A DNA stretch of 64,000 nt from Actinomycetota bacterium (GCA_030018275.1 JASEGB010000002.1:59638-123637); one strand, 5' to 3'; counted from the first letter of the stretch, positions 27,841-37,781 are shown. Translations and numbers: made by a program. The notes: a model not told the origin generated them from the letters alone.

Positions 27841-28281
27841 TCAAAGCTTCGCTGGATCGAGGCGCCTAACTTCCTTAATGAGATCGAAGTGTGCATCGGT
27901 ACTGATTATGCACTCGATACCATTGCTGAGCATCACAGCGGCGTGAATTAAATCCCGAGGAGCAATCCTAGCCTTCATATATTTTTCAACCAGCTCTATT
28001 AGCTTACTTACTTCAGAAAGACCTACTGGGAGAACTTCCAATCCGAGTGCATAAATATCTTTACACACTTGAAGGGCAGTGGTCCACTCGCCAACAAGAG
28101 CATAGCGGTATATTATCTCTTGAAAAACTTCACTATCAGTTACGGGAAGACCAAATTCTTTCTCAAAACTGCCATCCGCTATTTTCAGAATAAGTTTTGC
28201 ACAAGGCTCTTTATAAGGATGGTCTTTCCCCCGAGCATACATCACAATGTTGGTATCAATGAAGTAGGCTGTTTCTACCAT
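27841..28281 (-). CDS. vapC: PIN-domain toxin (VapC-like)
   Basis: The FIDTNIV N-terminus and conserved acidic residues are present. The likely start is 14 codons inside the listed ORF. Confidence 0.72.
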   Translation of the reverse strand: MVETAYFIDTNIVMYARGKDHPYKEPCAKLILKIADGSFEKEFGLPVTDSEVFQEIIYRYALVGEWTTALQVCKDIYALGLEVLPVGLSEVSKLIELVEKYMKARIAPRDLIHAAVMLSNGIECIISTDAHFDLIKEVRRLDPAKL

Positions 28282-28538
28282 CCTCCATGCCCTCGGGCTA
28301 TAAGCTCCTCGATCTCTTCCCAAGTGGGTAACTTTTCCTGAGCTGATATAATTCTCTGTGCCGCTTGCATCCGTACCTTCTTGGAAACCTCATCTTCCGC
28401 AAGAACTGTTTTCTCCACAGCCTCTCGTATCAAAGCAGCAACCGAGACCCCTCGGAGTTTTGCTTTCTCTTCTAGCTTCCGATATTGCTCCGGCTCAAAC
28501 AAGATCATCGCCTTTTTGGTTAATGACACCACTGTCAC
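28275..28538 (-). CDS. vapB: Ribbon-helix-helix antitoxin (VapB/CopG-like)
   Basis: 87 aa. It overlaps the PIN gene start. It has an RHH-like N-terminus and a charged C-terminus. Confidence 0.6.
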   Translation of the reverse strand: MTVVSLTKKAMILFEPEQYRKLEEKAKLRGVSVAALIREAVEKTVLAEDEVSKKVRMQAAQRIISAQEKLPTWEEIEELIARGHGGW

Positions 28539-28632
28539 CTCTTTTATATCAACATCAATATATATAACACTTGAGACTTTGTCAACACATTAGGCATCAG
28601 TCAACAGCCAGCTGAATTTGCCGGGAGCCTCG

Positions 28633-30018
28633 CTAAATTAAAGACTCGCCTTCTAAACCTTGTGCTTCCATAAATAAGCTAGTTTCGGGTCTTTGAATTT
28701 TCTCCAGAGAAATGCCTTTAACTCCGATTCCCGTATAAACGAAACCGAATTCCGTTAAAAGCTGAGAATCTAAACAATTTCTGGTATCGAATATAATTGG
28801 TTTCTTGAGCAACGATTTGATTCTTTCAAAATCAAGCCATCTGAATTCATCCCACTCGGTCAACAAAACGAGCATATCACTGTCCTTAGCTACCTCATAG
28901 GCATTAGTGGCGAACTCGACGCCCTTTAAAACCCGCCCGGCATTTTCCATAGCCGCAGGGTCGTAAGCTTTCACAAGGGCACATTCCGTTTGGAGATGAT
29001 TTATGATATCTATCGCCGGTGCGTCCCTAACATCATCGGTATTTGGTTTGAAGGATAAACCTAATATACCAATGCACTTATCTTTAAGATCACCTAAAAG
29101 TTGTCGGATCTTCACCACCACTAACCTCTTTTGATCTTCATTAACCTTTAAAACCTCCTTAAGCAGGTTGAATTCGTATCCACAATCTTCAGCAATTTTA
29201 ATGAACGTTTTACAGTCCTTGGGCAAACACGAACCTCCCCAGCCCGGTCCAGCCTTGAGGAATTCAAAACTGATCCTCTTATCATATCCCATCCCTGTAG
29301 CTACATCCTTTACATTTGCCCCCACAGTATCGCATAGATTCGCTATGAAGTTTATGAAAGAAACCTTGGTCGCCAAAAAGGCATTGCAAGCATACTTTAT
29401 TATCTCTGCACTGATCTGGTCGGTAATGAGAATGGGAGCTTTAAGGGGGCGATAAAGCTCGGTCATAATTTCGGCAGCTTTTTGACTATCCGTGCCTATG
29501 ATAATTCTGTCTGGATTGAGGAAATCTTTTACCGCCGAGCCTTCGCGCAAAAATTCAGGATTGGAAACCACATCAAACTTGTGAGGATAAACCATATTTT
29601 CAAGGATTATCCTTTTAACCAGCTCAGCTGAGCCCACAGGTACTGTGCTCTTATTGGCAATTATAGTATATTTATTAATCCCTTTAGCTATGCCCTTTGC
29701 GGCAGACTCAACATGGGATAAATCCACACTTTTTTCATTGAATGGAGTTCCAACCGCGATGAAAACAATATCGGATTCACTCACACCTTCTCCAACATCC
29801 ATTGAAAAACTCAATGTATTTCTCTTATAATTCTTTTCCACGATTTTGCTCAGCCCTGGCTCATGAACAGGAATTACACCATTGCACAAACTTATTATTT
29901 TGGAGCCATCGATATCCACACAAACAGCGTCGTGACCAATATCAGCCAAGCAAGCCCCCATAGTCAATCCAACATATCCGGTCCCTATAATACAAACTCT
30001 CAATGTTCTCCCCTCCAA
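28633..30018 (-). CDS. ugd: UDP-glucose 6-dehydrogenase / nucleotide-sugar dehydrogenase
   Basis: 461 aa. N-terminal NAD motif GTGYVGL and the catalytic Cys region GGSCLPKD. Confidence 0.9.
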   Translation of the reverse strand: MEGRTLRVCIIGTGYVGLTMGACLADIGHDAVCVDIDGSKIISLCNGVIPVHEPGLSKIVEKNYKRNTLSFSMDVGEGVSESDIVFIAVGTPFNEKSVDLSHVESAAKGIAKGINKYTIIANKSTVPVGSAELVKRIILENMVYPHKFDVVSNPEFLREGSAVKDFLNPDRIIIGTDSQKAAEIMTELYRPLKAPILITDQISAEIIKYACNAFLATKVSFINFIANLCDTVGANVKDVATGMGYDKRISFEFLKAGPGWGGSCLPKDCKTFIKIAEDCGYEFNLLKEVLKVNEDQKRLVVVKIRQLLGDLKDKCIGILGLSFKPNTDDVRDAPAIDIINHLQTECALVKAYDPAAMENAGRVLKGVEFATNAYEVAKDSDMLVLLTEWDEFRWLDFERIKSLLKKPIIFDTRNCLDSQLLTEFGFVYTGIGVKGISLEKIQRPETSLFMEAQGLEGESLI

Positions 30019-30068
30019 AAGCTGAAATTATAAAAGCTCCTCCAATGCATTCCATTGTTTTTTCTACA

Positions 30069-30719
30069 TTATTGGGGCGACTTCCTCTTTAAATCCCTTT
30101 CCCTCACAACAACCCACACCAAACATGCTAACACTATAAGACAAAGGAGAACATAAAAAAGAGAAAAGGGCTTATCCCTGAGTATCCTTCCCATTGCGGC
30201 ATTTACTAACTGTCCTAGATCCATATCGATGTAAGTTTGAAAAGCAAGATCTTTTCCGGAAAGAGCATCACCATTCAAGTAAGCTGCACCCTTGGGATAA
30301 GCATCTTTAGAGCTCAAAAAGATACCAACGGGATTTTTCAAGGTCGAGTTGGGTGATTCAAGCAAAAAGTAATATTCTTTATTTTTAGAATCTGGAATGG
30401 GCGCAAAAGTAAACGTATTAAAAACCTCATTCTGAATTTTAGAACCACCGATTCTGACCTCAGCTAAATTCCTATCGGCTGCCAAAGAATCTTTTAATTT
30501 GAATATAACTTCTGAAGGCTTTTTGGAATCTTTGATGGATAATTTAACATCGATACGATTTAGATTCCTCTCCTGGCAAATGAAGGATTGCCCAATAGTT
30601 TTTGAGCCATAAATGTGCTCGATGATATCGGAAGAAGTGCTCGGGCTCTCCAAGGGGACTTGAACGCATCCACCCAAGAGGAATGCTATAAAAAATAAGG
30701 CAAAAAATACCCTCTTCAA
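30069..30719 (-). CDS. Hypothetical lipoprotein with a C-terminal TM anchor
   Basis: 216 aa. Lipobox LLGGC after the signal peptide. Hydrophobic C-terminal helix. Confidence 0.5.
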   Translation of the reverse strand: MKRVFFALFFIAFLLGGCVQVPLESPSTSSDIIEHIYGSKTIGQSFICQERNLNRIDVKLSIKDSKKPSEVIFKLKDSLAADRNLAEVRIGGSKIQNEVFNTFTFAPIPDSKNKEYYFLLESPNSTLKNPVGIFLSSKDAYPKGAAYLNGDALSGKDLAFQTYIDMDLGQLVNAAMGRILRDKPFSLFYVLLCLIVLACLVWVVVRERDLKRKSPQ

Positions 30720-30734
30720 CTTGTTATCCCTCAG

Positions 30735-31715
30735 TTACTCCTTCCTCGCTTGCTTTCCTGCGGATCTGTCTGAACTCTCTTCCAGTTCTTTCTTCTTCAA
30801 CCGATACAAGAGCTCCTCAGTGAGCTTGCGATTGGCATCGATTAGATCGGCTATGACACCGAGGCTAACCGTTTGAAAACCGAGGATCATCAATACAGCA
30901 GCCAGAATTAAGGATTGGATGTGACCACCGGACTGACCACTGAAATAAAAATATAGAAACCTTACTCCAATCCCAACGCCACCCAGAAACAACAATGTAC
31001 CCATTATAAAGAAAACTTTCAAGGGTTTATACATGGTATAAGTTCTCACTATGGTTATCCCCGCTCTCCTAATGTACGAGGGTATGTTCGAAATCAATTT
31101 TGAGTGACCTTCCCTCGCCCTGAAGGTACAAGGAACCTCTGAAACGACCAACCGCTTGTTGATTGCCTGGATGATCGTCTCCTGAGTATATGTATAATCC
31201 GATAAAACATTGATTCTCAATGCAGCTTCCCTTGAAAATGCCCTGAAGCCAGTTTGCGAATCGTAAATGGGGTAACCAACCAACCTTCTTACGAAGAAGC
31301 TCCCGATAACATTCCCCCACTTCTTTCCAAAGACCATATGGTCCAATTTCCAAACCTGTCTATTTCCTAAAACTATGTCCGCTTTATGTTCCAAAATTGG
31401 TTTAATGAGCTTGGGGATTTCCTGCTGATTGTATTGCAAATCGGCATCAGTATTGACGACGATGTCCGCTCCAAGTTTTAAAGCAGTTTCCAATCCTATT
31501 TTAAAAGTGAATGCCAGACCCCGATTAGTTTTTTGAGAAAGGATATAGTCCGCTCCCGCCTTCCTCGCAACCTCGGCAGTATTATCCGTGGAACCATCAT
31601 CGACCACCAATACATCTACCTTATCGATGCCGGGGATATCTCGGGGGATTTCTTGAATCACCGAAGCAATGGATTTCTCCTCATTATACGCGGGGATCAT
31701 CACAACCAGTTTCAT
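30735..31715 (-). CDS. Polyprenol-phosphate sugar synthase-like GT2 (DPM1/GtrB-like) with C-terminal TM helices
   Basis: IPAYNEE, VVDDGSTDNT and DADLQ motifs, plus two C-terminal TM segments. The start is taken at MKLVVMIPAYNEE. Confidence 0.8.
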   Translation of the reverse strand: MKLVVMIPAYNEEKSIASVIQEIPRDIPGIDKVDVLVVDDGSTDNTAEVARKAGADYILSQKTNRGLAFTFKIGLETALKLGADIVVNTDADLQYNQQEIPKLIKPILEHKADIVLGNRQVWKLDHMVFGKKWGNVIGSFFVRRLVGYPIYDSQTGFRAFSREAALRINVLSDYTYTQETIIQAINKRLVVSEVPCTFRAREGHSKLISNIPSYIRRAGITIVRTYTMYKPLKVFFIMGTLLFLGGVGIGVRFLYFYFSGQSGGHIQSLILAAVLMILGFQTVSLGVIADLIDANRKLTEELLYRLKKKELEESSDRSAGKQARKE

Positions 31716-31788
31716 TTTCCTGCACCTTTGTAACTTCGCATTTTTAAACACCTCGTAGAAACAAACCTTCAGGCAGACACACTTTTGA

Positions 31789-31845
31789 TCTGTAGAAACA
31801 GATCTTCAGGTCTGTTATTAGTAACAGGTCTAAAGACCTGTTTTT
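31789..31845. repeat. Composite hairpin repeat holding both family cores
   Basis: gtagaaacagatcttcaggtctg is the reverse complement of the core at 53478-53500 with 1 mismatch. It also holds aacaggtctaaagacctgtt. Confidence 0.7.
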
Positions 31846-31976
31846 ACATGATTCTACACTCTACCGAAGTGCAACCTTTATAATAAATATACGAGATAAC
31901 CGACCGAATACCTTCTAGCTAAGCTGCTTCATCTCGCCCGTGTCTGCCGTATTCTGTAGCGCGGCCGTAGCCTTTA

Positions 31977-32012
31977 GTCATTGCGAGCGAGCCCAAGGCG
32001 AGCGCGGCAATC
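31977..32012. repeat. gtcattgcgag palindromic repeat family member
   Basis: gtcattgcgagcgagcccaaggcgagcgcggcaatc. The stem is ATTGC/GCAAT. Confidence 0.65.
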
Positions 32013-32014
32013 TT

Positions 32015-33967
32015 TTATCTTCTCCCCAATATCACGATAATATCCGTCTGGATTGAAGAATCTTTTTTCAAAATTGCGGAGTATTTACCTTTAATTTGAT
32101 CAGCGACCAATTGCGCAACATCTTCATTGGCTGATCTATAACGGATGATGGTCTGAGCGTAATCATAGCTGTCCGCATTTCGTATATTCCTGATATTAAA
32201 ACCATTTCTCCTCAGAAGATCGGCAATCTCTTTGGCTGAACCCGTAATCCCATTCCCGTTAAGAACATCTATCCTCGCCTTGCTTTTATCTACAACTGGC
32301 TCAGCAACCGCAGGAAGTCCGCCCTTCCTATCTCGCCCTAAGATAAGGGCAATGTCTATGTCCAAATCGGGAGATAGATTTGGATAAAGCAAAGCCGGAT
32401 AGAATTCTTCAATTTCTTTAGCCACAAGATTAGCTACACTCTCTTGCCCTGGTTTATGACGGATAACGGTGCGGGGATAAGCATCATAGCCCGCGTCCCC
32501 AATGGTCTGAATACTAAAACCGCTTTCGCTCAGCTTAGAGGCGATACTTGTTGCCTCTCCCCTTACTCCATTCCCATTTAGCACATCGATCTTAACTTTA
32601 CTTTTATCAATTTCCAAAGTTACTTTAGCTTCAGGAGTCTTTGGAGCCTTCGCCGCAGCTTTAATGGATTCCTTTTGCGGCTTCTTCGCTATCATCGGTG
32701 AAGTGGCAACCCTGTGAACCTTCTTGGTAAACCACAGTCGCCCTGTAGCATACGCACCACCGATTAAACAAACCAAAAAAAATAGAATAATTACACCAGC
32801 TAGGGCTCGAATTTTCACTTTTCTCGTAAGGCGCTTAGCCATAACTCGAGGTCTTACTTTGTGGGGGATCGTTTGCACAGCTTCCGTAGCAACCGCTGGT
32901 TTTTCCAGAAGTTTTTCCGGAGAAAGGATTCTAAAAGAAGCGGATGTAATCTTAGCTAAAGTTTTCCTACATTTAACAAACACCTCATTTTCTTTTGCAT
33001 ATTCAATTAACAATGAAGCTGCTACCAGAGCAAAAAAGGCATAAGCGAGCATTCCCACCAATCTTGCTTTGGATGCGTCTCCTACCATTAGGAAAATTGG
33101 ACAGCATAATAACAAGAGTAAAGCAGTGGCGAGTTCGACCAATATTTCTGATATCCGCTTTTCTTTTGCATATTCAAGCAACCATAAAAACACCCCAACA
33201 CCCAAGAAAACATAAGCTGACTTCCCAATTAAACTTGCTCTGGAGACATCACCAAACATCAAGAATAGGGAACAACACAATAGCAAAGGTAAAGCAATAA
33301 CCACTGAAAATCTATAATCCAATTTATAAATCCAGCAGAAAATAAAATACAAAATAAGCAGGTATCTCAAACGTATTACAAAACCAAAAATTGATATGTT
33401 TCCAAAGAATGCCGTAAATAATATTCCACCGACAAGTAATGAGGTCAGAACATAATCGTAGTTAACTTTAACAAACTCACTTACAATTTCGAATCCTTCT
33501 ATCTTTACTTCCTCTTTTTCACCACCAAGCACCAATATGGAAAGCAAAATTATTAAAATCCCGGAAATGAAAGATAAAAGACGCGAAAGATTACCCAATC
33601 CTGCAGTTTTATACCATATAAGGATTGCCCCTAAAATTCCCAGCCCGATGATGAACCCAAGTTCCTTTAATGTTATTACCTCATGCCGAACTTCTTCTTT
33701 CTCTTCTCTACTGGTGAGTGCAGCAATGACGCCACTAACTAAAACGATTACTAAAAGGATGTTGAGATTGAAGAAAAAACTTACGAAGCCTTCCTTTATT
33801 GTCTCAAGCAATAAGAGAATCAAATAAGTTGCTAACGATGTCACAAATATATCCTGATTGACATCCCGCAAAAATTTCAGAAACTCAATATGTTTCGTGT
33901 TCAAAATACGTCTTTTTCGATTATTAACTCTTGCAGACAGGTTCATTCTTTCCTCGCTTGTCTTCAA
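32015..33967 (-). CDS. Polytopic membrane protein with two C-terminal LytR_C-like domains
   Basis: 650 aa. About 10 TM helices, including an internal duplicated TM hairpin (LLLCCSLFLMFGDVSRASLIGKSAYVF and LLLLCCPIFLMVGDASKARLVGMLAYAF). Two extracytoplasmic repeats, (K/R)IDVLNGNGV/ITG...GF.I...G.A....TVIRH/TIIRY, match the LytR_C pattern. Confidence 0.6.
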   Translation of the reverse strand: MKTSEERMNLSARVNNRKRRILNTKHIEFLKFLRDVNQDIFVTSLATYLILLLLETIKEGFVSFFFNLNILLVIVLVSGVIAALTSREEKEEVRHEVITLKELGFIIGLGILGAILIWYKTAGLGNLSRLLSFISGILIILLSILVLGGEKEEVKIEGFEIVSEFVKVNYDYVLTSLLVGGILFTAFFGNISIFGFVIRLRYLLILYFIFCWIYKLDYRFSVVIALPLLLCCSLFLMFGDVSRASLIGKSAYVFLGVGVFLWLLEYAKEKRISEILVELATALLLLLCCPIFLMVGDASKARLVGMLAYAFFALVAASLLIEYAKENEVFVKCRKTLAKITSASFRILSPEKLLEKPAVATEAVQTIPHKVRPRVMAKRLTRKVKIRALAGVIILFFLVCLIGGAYATGRLWFTKKVHRVATSPMIAKKPQKESIKAAAKAPKTPEAKVTLEIDKSKVKIDVLNGNGVRGEATSIASKLSESGFSIQTIGDAGYDAYPRTVIRHKPGQESVANLVAKEIEEFYPALLYPNLSPDLDIDIALILGRDRKGGLPAVAEPVVDKSKARIDVLNGNGITGSAKEIADLLRRNGFNIRNIRNADSYDYAQTIIRYRSANEDVAQLVADQIKGKYSAILKKDSSIQTDIIVILGRR

Positions 33968-34023
33968 TTGCTACATAGCACAAATCAATTACCCATGCTT
34001 CCTGAATATATGCAACATTTTTT

Positions 34024-34210
34024 AGTCACTGCGAGCCCCTGTTTTGGGCGTTGCAGTCTCCTGATTGAGATCACCACGGCTGCGCCTCGCGACGACTTCG
34101 TCGGATTGCTTCGGGACTAAAGTCCCTCGCAATGACATCAGTGCAGTCATTGCGAGCGAAGCAATCTCGTGAGCAATTTAGATGCTTCTGAGCCGTCAGA
34201 AGTGCTAGCC
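34024..34210. repeat. Cluster of gtcattgcgag-family palindromic elements
   Basis: ctcgcaatgac-atcagtgca-gtcattgcgag is a perfect hairpin. gtcattgcgagcgaagcaatc. cgacgacttcgtcggattgcttcgg. Confidence 0.7.
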
Positions 34211-35688
34211 TAAAGGAGTCCAGGCTTTTTCAAAGTGATCTCAATGGAGCCGAGTACTATTTCTTCGCCCCTCCCTGTAAGACCTGGTGCATGAAGCACA
34301 AAATTCAATTTGTTATCTTTTGCCTCAATTTCAGTTAAATCTATAGTGACAGAGTTTGTTCGCCACACGCCCTTCCTTTTCGCAGGAATAGTGTAGTCCG
34401 CCACAATATAATCTATGTCGGTAAGTACAAGGTCCTTGGAATATGGCGCAGTTTTCACCGGAATTGGATCAAAAAGCGAATCTTTTGAAAAAGCAAAGTA
34501 GCCACCTTCTGAACTTAAAACAATATCACCCTTTTCAGTAACTATTTTATTTGTTTCCCTCCCAAGATTTACACTAAAGCTCTCATTTTCCTTATTAAGT
34601 ACTAACTTTCGATTATCATTTATGTGTAAAGTTTGTAGACCAGGCATATGCCACGACATAGCGCTTAGCTTTTTACCATTTGTGTAAAGGGTATTTTCCT
34701 TCGTTGGTCCTATCTTATATAAGTCATGGTCAGCAAGGAAAACCTTTTCCTCAAAGCAAAGATATTTTTGTTGAGACTCTAAGTCCTTAATCACAACATC
34801 AACTCCACATTCCAAAACAATCTTATATACACCCTCTTTTAAATCAGGAGCCATAACTTCAACCTTTTGAAGTTTTGAAGGTTTGCCGCTATTGGAAGCA
34901 TCTCCATCATCAGGAACAATTTGAGAATGTATCAATTTGCTTCCCGAGAAAATATTTATATTCAAAGGATCGGGTCCCTCATACCAATTGATATCTTGCT
35001 TGTTAAGAGCAAACTCAAGAGGCTGGTCCTTCACGTATATGTAGAAGGTATGAGGACCCCTTAATGAAGCATCGATCTCAGTACCTTCATTTACCTTACT
35101 AATCTCAACTCTTGGTCGCTGTACAAACTCATAGTGATAAGTAGCAATGCGAGCTTTTTCAGCTTTCTTACTCTTGGGAACAGGTGGATTAGCAATGAAA
35201 TCACCAACACTAGCAAATCTCTTCTTCCTCTGAAAGAGAGTCAGACCATTACTTTGAAGTCTATTCCAAGTCAAGGCATTAAGAGATTTATTATGCACGG
35301 GCTTGAAAATACATTGCCCAGTAGCAATATCCCGAACTCCTACCAAAAATTCCTCAGGGTCTCCTTGATATTTTATCTTGACCTCTGCCGTAGCAAACTT
35401 GGTATAAGGTACTTTAAGATCAAAAGTTACCTGGTCAGTTGTCATTTTTTGCTGAGGTATCTGGTAATACGCACCTTTCTTATCTCTGCTTAAGGCAGCA
35501 GAAGGAACAAGAGGGGTGGGTATAGCAATATTTTCAGAGCCTTCTGTTAAATCCATCTTATAAGTGACTGTAGCACCAAAAGGAGCAACATTCTTGTACA
35601 CTAAAAGACCAAAAAATATAATGGCAAGGAAAATGATTATTGCTCTTGCTCTCCGCCTAGCCAAAGATAGCCTTTCACCTTGCTGCAC
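34210..35688 (-). CDS. Hypothetical exported or membrane-anchored protein
   Basis: 492 aa. N-terminal signal-anchor, no recognisable catalytic motif. Confidence 0.5.
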   Translation of the reverse strand: MQQGERLSLARRRARAIIIFLAIIFFGLLVYKNVAPFGATVTYKMDLTEGSENIAIPTPLVPSAALSRDKKGAYYQIPQQKMTTDQVTFDLKVPYTKFATAEVKIKYQGDPEEFLVGVRDIATGQCIFKPVHNKSLNALTWNRLQSNGLTLFQRKKRFASVGDFIANPPVPKSKKAEKARIATYHYEFVQRPRVEISKVNEGTEIDASLRGPHTFYIYVKDQPLEFALNKQDINWYEGPDPLNINIFSGSKLIHSQIVPDDGDASNSGKPSKLQKVEVMAPDLKEGVYKIVLECGVDVVIKDLESQQKYLCFEEKVFLADHDLYKIGPTKENTLYTNGKKLSAMSWHMPGLQTLHINDNRKLVLNKENESFSVNLGRETNKIVTEKGDIVLSSEGGYFAFSKDSLFDPIPVKTAPYSKDLVLTDIDYIVADYTIPAKRKGVWRTNSVTIDLTEIEAKDNKLNFVLHAPGLTGRGEEIVLGSIEITLKKPGLL

Positions 35689-35889
35689 TTACCACCCCTC
35701 CCAGTTTACAAATAGAACCATTTTTACACTATCTGCCTATTTCTTTGAAGCCCTGAGCCCAGATATCTTGCGACCCCCAAACTATGCTAATGCAGCTCAT
35801 ACCTTATTTGATGAACTCGCTTATGTGTTTCAGAAAACGAGGAACATCTCTAACGGCTGCTTGGAGACCATCATAAACCTTCTTGGTAT

Positions 35890-36219
35890 CTATCTCATCA
35901 TATTCATGTACAAGCCTGTTTCGAAGACCAGCACAAGGAGAATCTCTCTTGCAAAATCTGGTGGAAGAACACCAACTTTTGCAAGATCCAAGAAGGATCT
36001 AAAGTAATCAGATGGAGGTGGATGCCCTTCCTCGGTAATTATGTGATAACTGATATCTATCATTCTGCCAATCATTCGTTCGAGATACCGCTCAGCCATC
36101 ACTTCATTCGCCGAATTTGCAGCATAATTTTCATAGCTTAAATTGGCTAAAGATCTTATAGCTTCGAAGTCTTCACTAATAAGGTTGATTTTCCGCATGA
36201 TCAGAGTTTTGTCAATCAT
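35890..36219 (-). CDS. HEPN-domain toxin (HepT/DUF86-like)
   Basis: 109 aa. R-x(6)-YH motif (GRMIDISYH). It overlaps the upstream MNT gene by 4 nt. Confidence 0.6.
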   Translation of the reverse strand: MIDKTLIMRKINLISEDFEAIRSLANLSYENYAANSANEVMAERYLERMIGRMIDISYHIITEEGHPPPSDYFRSFLDLAKVGVLPPDFAREILLVLVFETGLYMNMMR

Positions 36220-36692
36220 TCACCAGCTTCTCCCGCATAACGAGCAATAAATCGTCGGGCAAATTCCTCTTCCATTCTGAAATACTTTCTATGGTCAACA
36301 TATCGTTTAAAAGCATATATTTTAAGTCGAGCAAGGTCACTTTCTTTGCCATAAAGAATTTCATTTCTTTCCATAATCTTTTTGAGAAATAAGGGATCAG
36401 CTTGATTGATGACGGCAAGGTCAACTTCTCTTTCAGGAATAAGTTTCTGCAACTCAAAAAGAAGGTCTGAATACTTCTCCATAGAGAGATCAGGCTTTTT
36501 ACAAAGAACGGCGATATCAACGTCGCTTTGGGGGTGAACCCTGGTGGATACTGCCGAACCGAAAGCGAGGATCATACGAAGATTAAACCTCCTGGCGATC
36601 TTCTCAAAATCGTTCTCATTCGCATTATTTGAAAACTTAAATAATTCCATTTGACCTGCTTTCTCCTTCACGCATAAAATTCTACCCTTCAT
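36216..36692 (-). CDS. Minimal nucleotidyltransferase (MntA-like antitoxin)
   Basis: 158 aa. Pol-beta NTase motif GSAVSTRVHPQSDVDIAV. Confidence 0.75.
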   Translation of the reverse strand: MKGRILCVKEKAGQMELFKFSNNANENDFEKIARRFNLRMILAFGSAVSTRVHPQSDVDIAVLCKKPDLSMEKYSDLLFELQKLIPEREVDLAVINQADPLFLKKIMERNEILYGKESDLARLKIYAFKRYVDHRKYFRMEEEFARRFIARYAGEAGE

Positions 36693-36726
36693 AATCTACT
36701 TTTTCTTAGACGTCTCGTCAATCAGA

Positions 36727-36770
36727 TGATCGGTTTCTTCTACATTGGCTGCCCAATGCCTTTTCAAAAA
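36727..36770. promoter_or_regulatory. Shared roughly 35-bp motif upstream of a TA cassette, copy 1
   Basis: ggtttcttctacattggctgcccaatgcctttt matches 37940-37975 (agtttcttctacatcacctgcccaatacctttt). Confidence 0.5.
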
Positions 36771-36911
36771 CTTAAAATTTCCTACCTATTATAAAGCACT
36801 GCTCCACCAATGGATACACTGTTCGCAATAAAACGAAGCATCAAAGACTATGTGATGCATATTACACTCGGTTTATTTACCACAAAACAAGTCATTTTGA
36901 GCCCTTCCCTT

Positions 36912-37100
36912 GTTGTCATTGCTTCACTTCGTTCAGGACAAGTCTGAGCCCTTCGCTTAACCGTCATTCTGAAGGACCCTGAGTGAAACGAAGGGGACTG
37001 AAGAATCTCATATCCCTCTTTGTCATTGCGAGCTTCGATTTATCGAGGCGTGGCAATCCGACGAAGTCGTTGCGAGTCCGCCTGAGGCGGACGAACAATC
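36912..37100. repeat. Cluster of gtcattgcgag-family palindromic elements
   Basis: gtcattgcttcacttcg. cgtcattctgaagga...ctgaagaatc. gtcattgcgagcttcg. ccgacgaagtcgttgcgag. Confidence 0.7.
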
Positions 37101-37138
37101 TGTGTCTTCACAGCAAACAGCGTTTTGTGATCCCTGAA

Positions 37139-37543
37139 CTATTTGGAGAGTGTTTCTAAGAATGTTTTTGGAGATAGAATCTTAAGGCCGACTCCGTCCG
37201 CTTTTTGAAGGCGCACGTCACCAGTAACCAGCATTTCTGCTTTCCCTTCTCTTGCAGTCTCAATAATTGGATTGTCGGAAGCATCCTTAGCCCAACTCCC
37301 TTTAGAGTCAACGACGGGAATGAGTTCAGAAAAAGAAAGAATTTCCTCAATTAGATTGCCAACTAAATTAGACTCCAAATCAAACTTTCCTTCTGCCACC
37401 CTTCTAAACTCTTGAAGGATATAAAGGGAGGTTACAGAAGTAAATTTGCCTTTTCTCGCATGTTCCAAAATCTCCCCAGAGATACCACCAAAGAGAATTC
37501 CAGAAAGTAGAATATTGGTATCCAGAACAACTCTAACGGCCAT
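37139..37543 (-). CDS. PIN-domain protein (VapC-like toxin)
   Basis: 134 aa. VLDTNILL N-terminus and a conserved Asp near the C-terminus. Confidence 0.75.
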   Translation of the reverse strand: MAVRVVLDTNILLSGILFGGISGEILEHARKGKFTSVTSLYILQEFRRVAEGKFDLESNLVGNLIEEILSFSELIPVVDSKGSWAKDASDNPIIETAREGKAEMLVTGDVRLQKADGVGLKILSPKTFLETLSK

Positions 37544-37781
37544 AGCGGATTTCAGATAGGGCGCGGTTTATGTCTTCTTCTTTTAAACCCATCTCTTTTG
37601 CCTTTTGACGTGTTTTTTCCACCAGTTCATCCCATTGAGATTTGACTTTTGAAAGGACAATCCTATCGCCCTCAATTTCGACATCAACTTCACTTGCAGG
37701 TTTGATATTAAGACGCCCCGCAATGTCCTTTGGGATTGTCACTGTCAAGCTGTTTCCAACCCGTCTTATCTTGAGTTTCAT
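37533..37781 (-). CDS. AbrB/MazE/SpoVT-family antitoxin
   Basis: MKLKIRRVGNSLTVTIPKDIAG swapped-hairpin motif. The start is taken at the internal Met. Confidence 0.65.
   Translation of the reverse strand: MKLKIRRVGNSLTVTIPKDIAGRLNIKPASEVDVEIEGDRIVLSKVKSQWDELVEKTRQKAKEMGLKEEDINRALSEIRYGR

Noticed and set aside
31826-31852. Plus-strand intrinsic terminator (hairpin aacaggtc-taaa-gacctgtt followed by ttttta)
   Set aside because: All neighbouring genes are on the minus strand, where the T-run precedes rather than follows the hairpin. The same hairpin recurs as a dispersed repeat, so it is classed as a repeat element.
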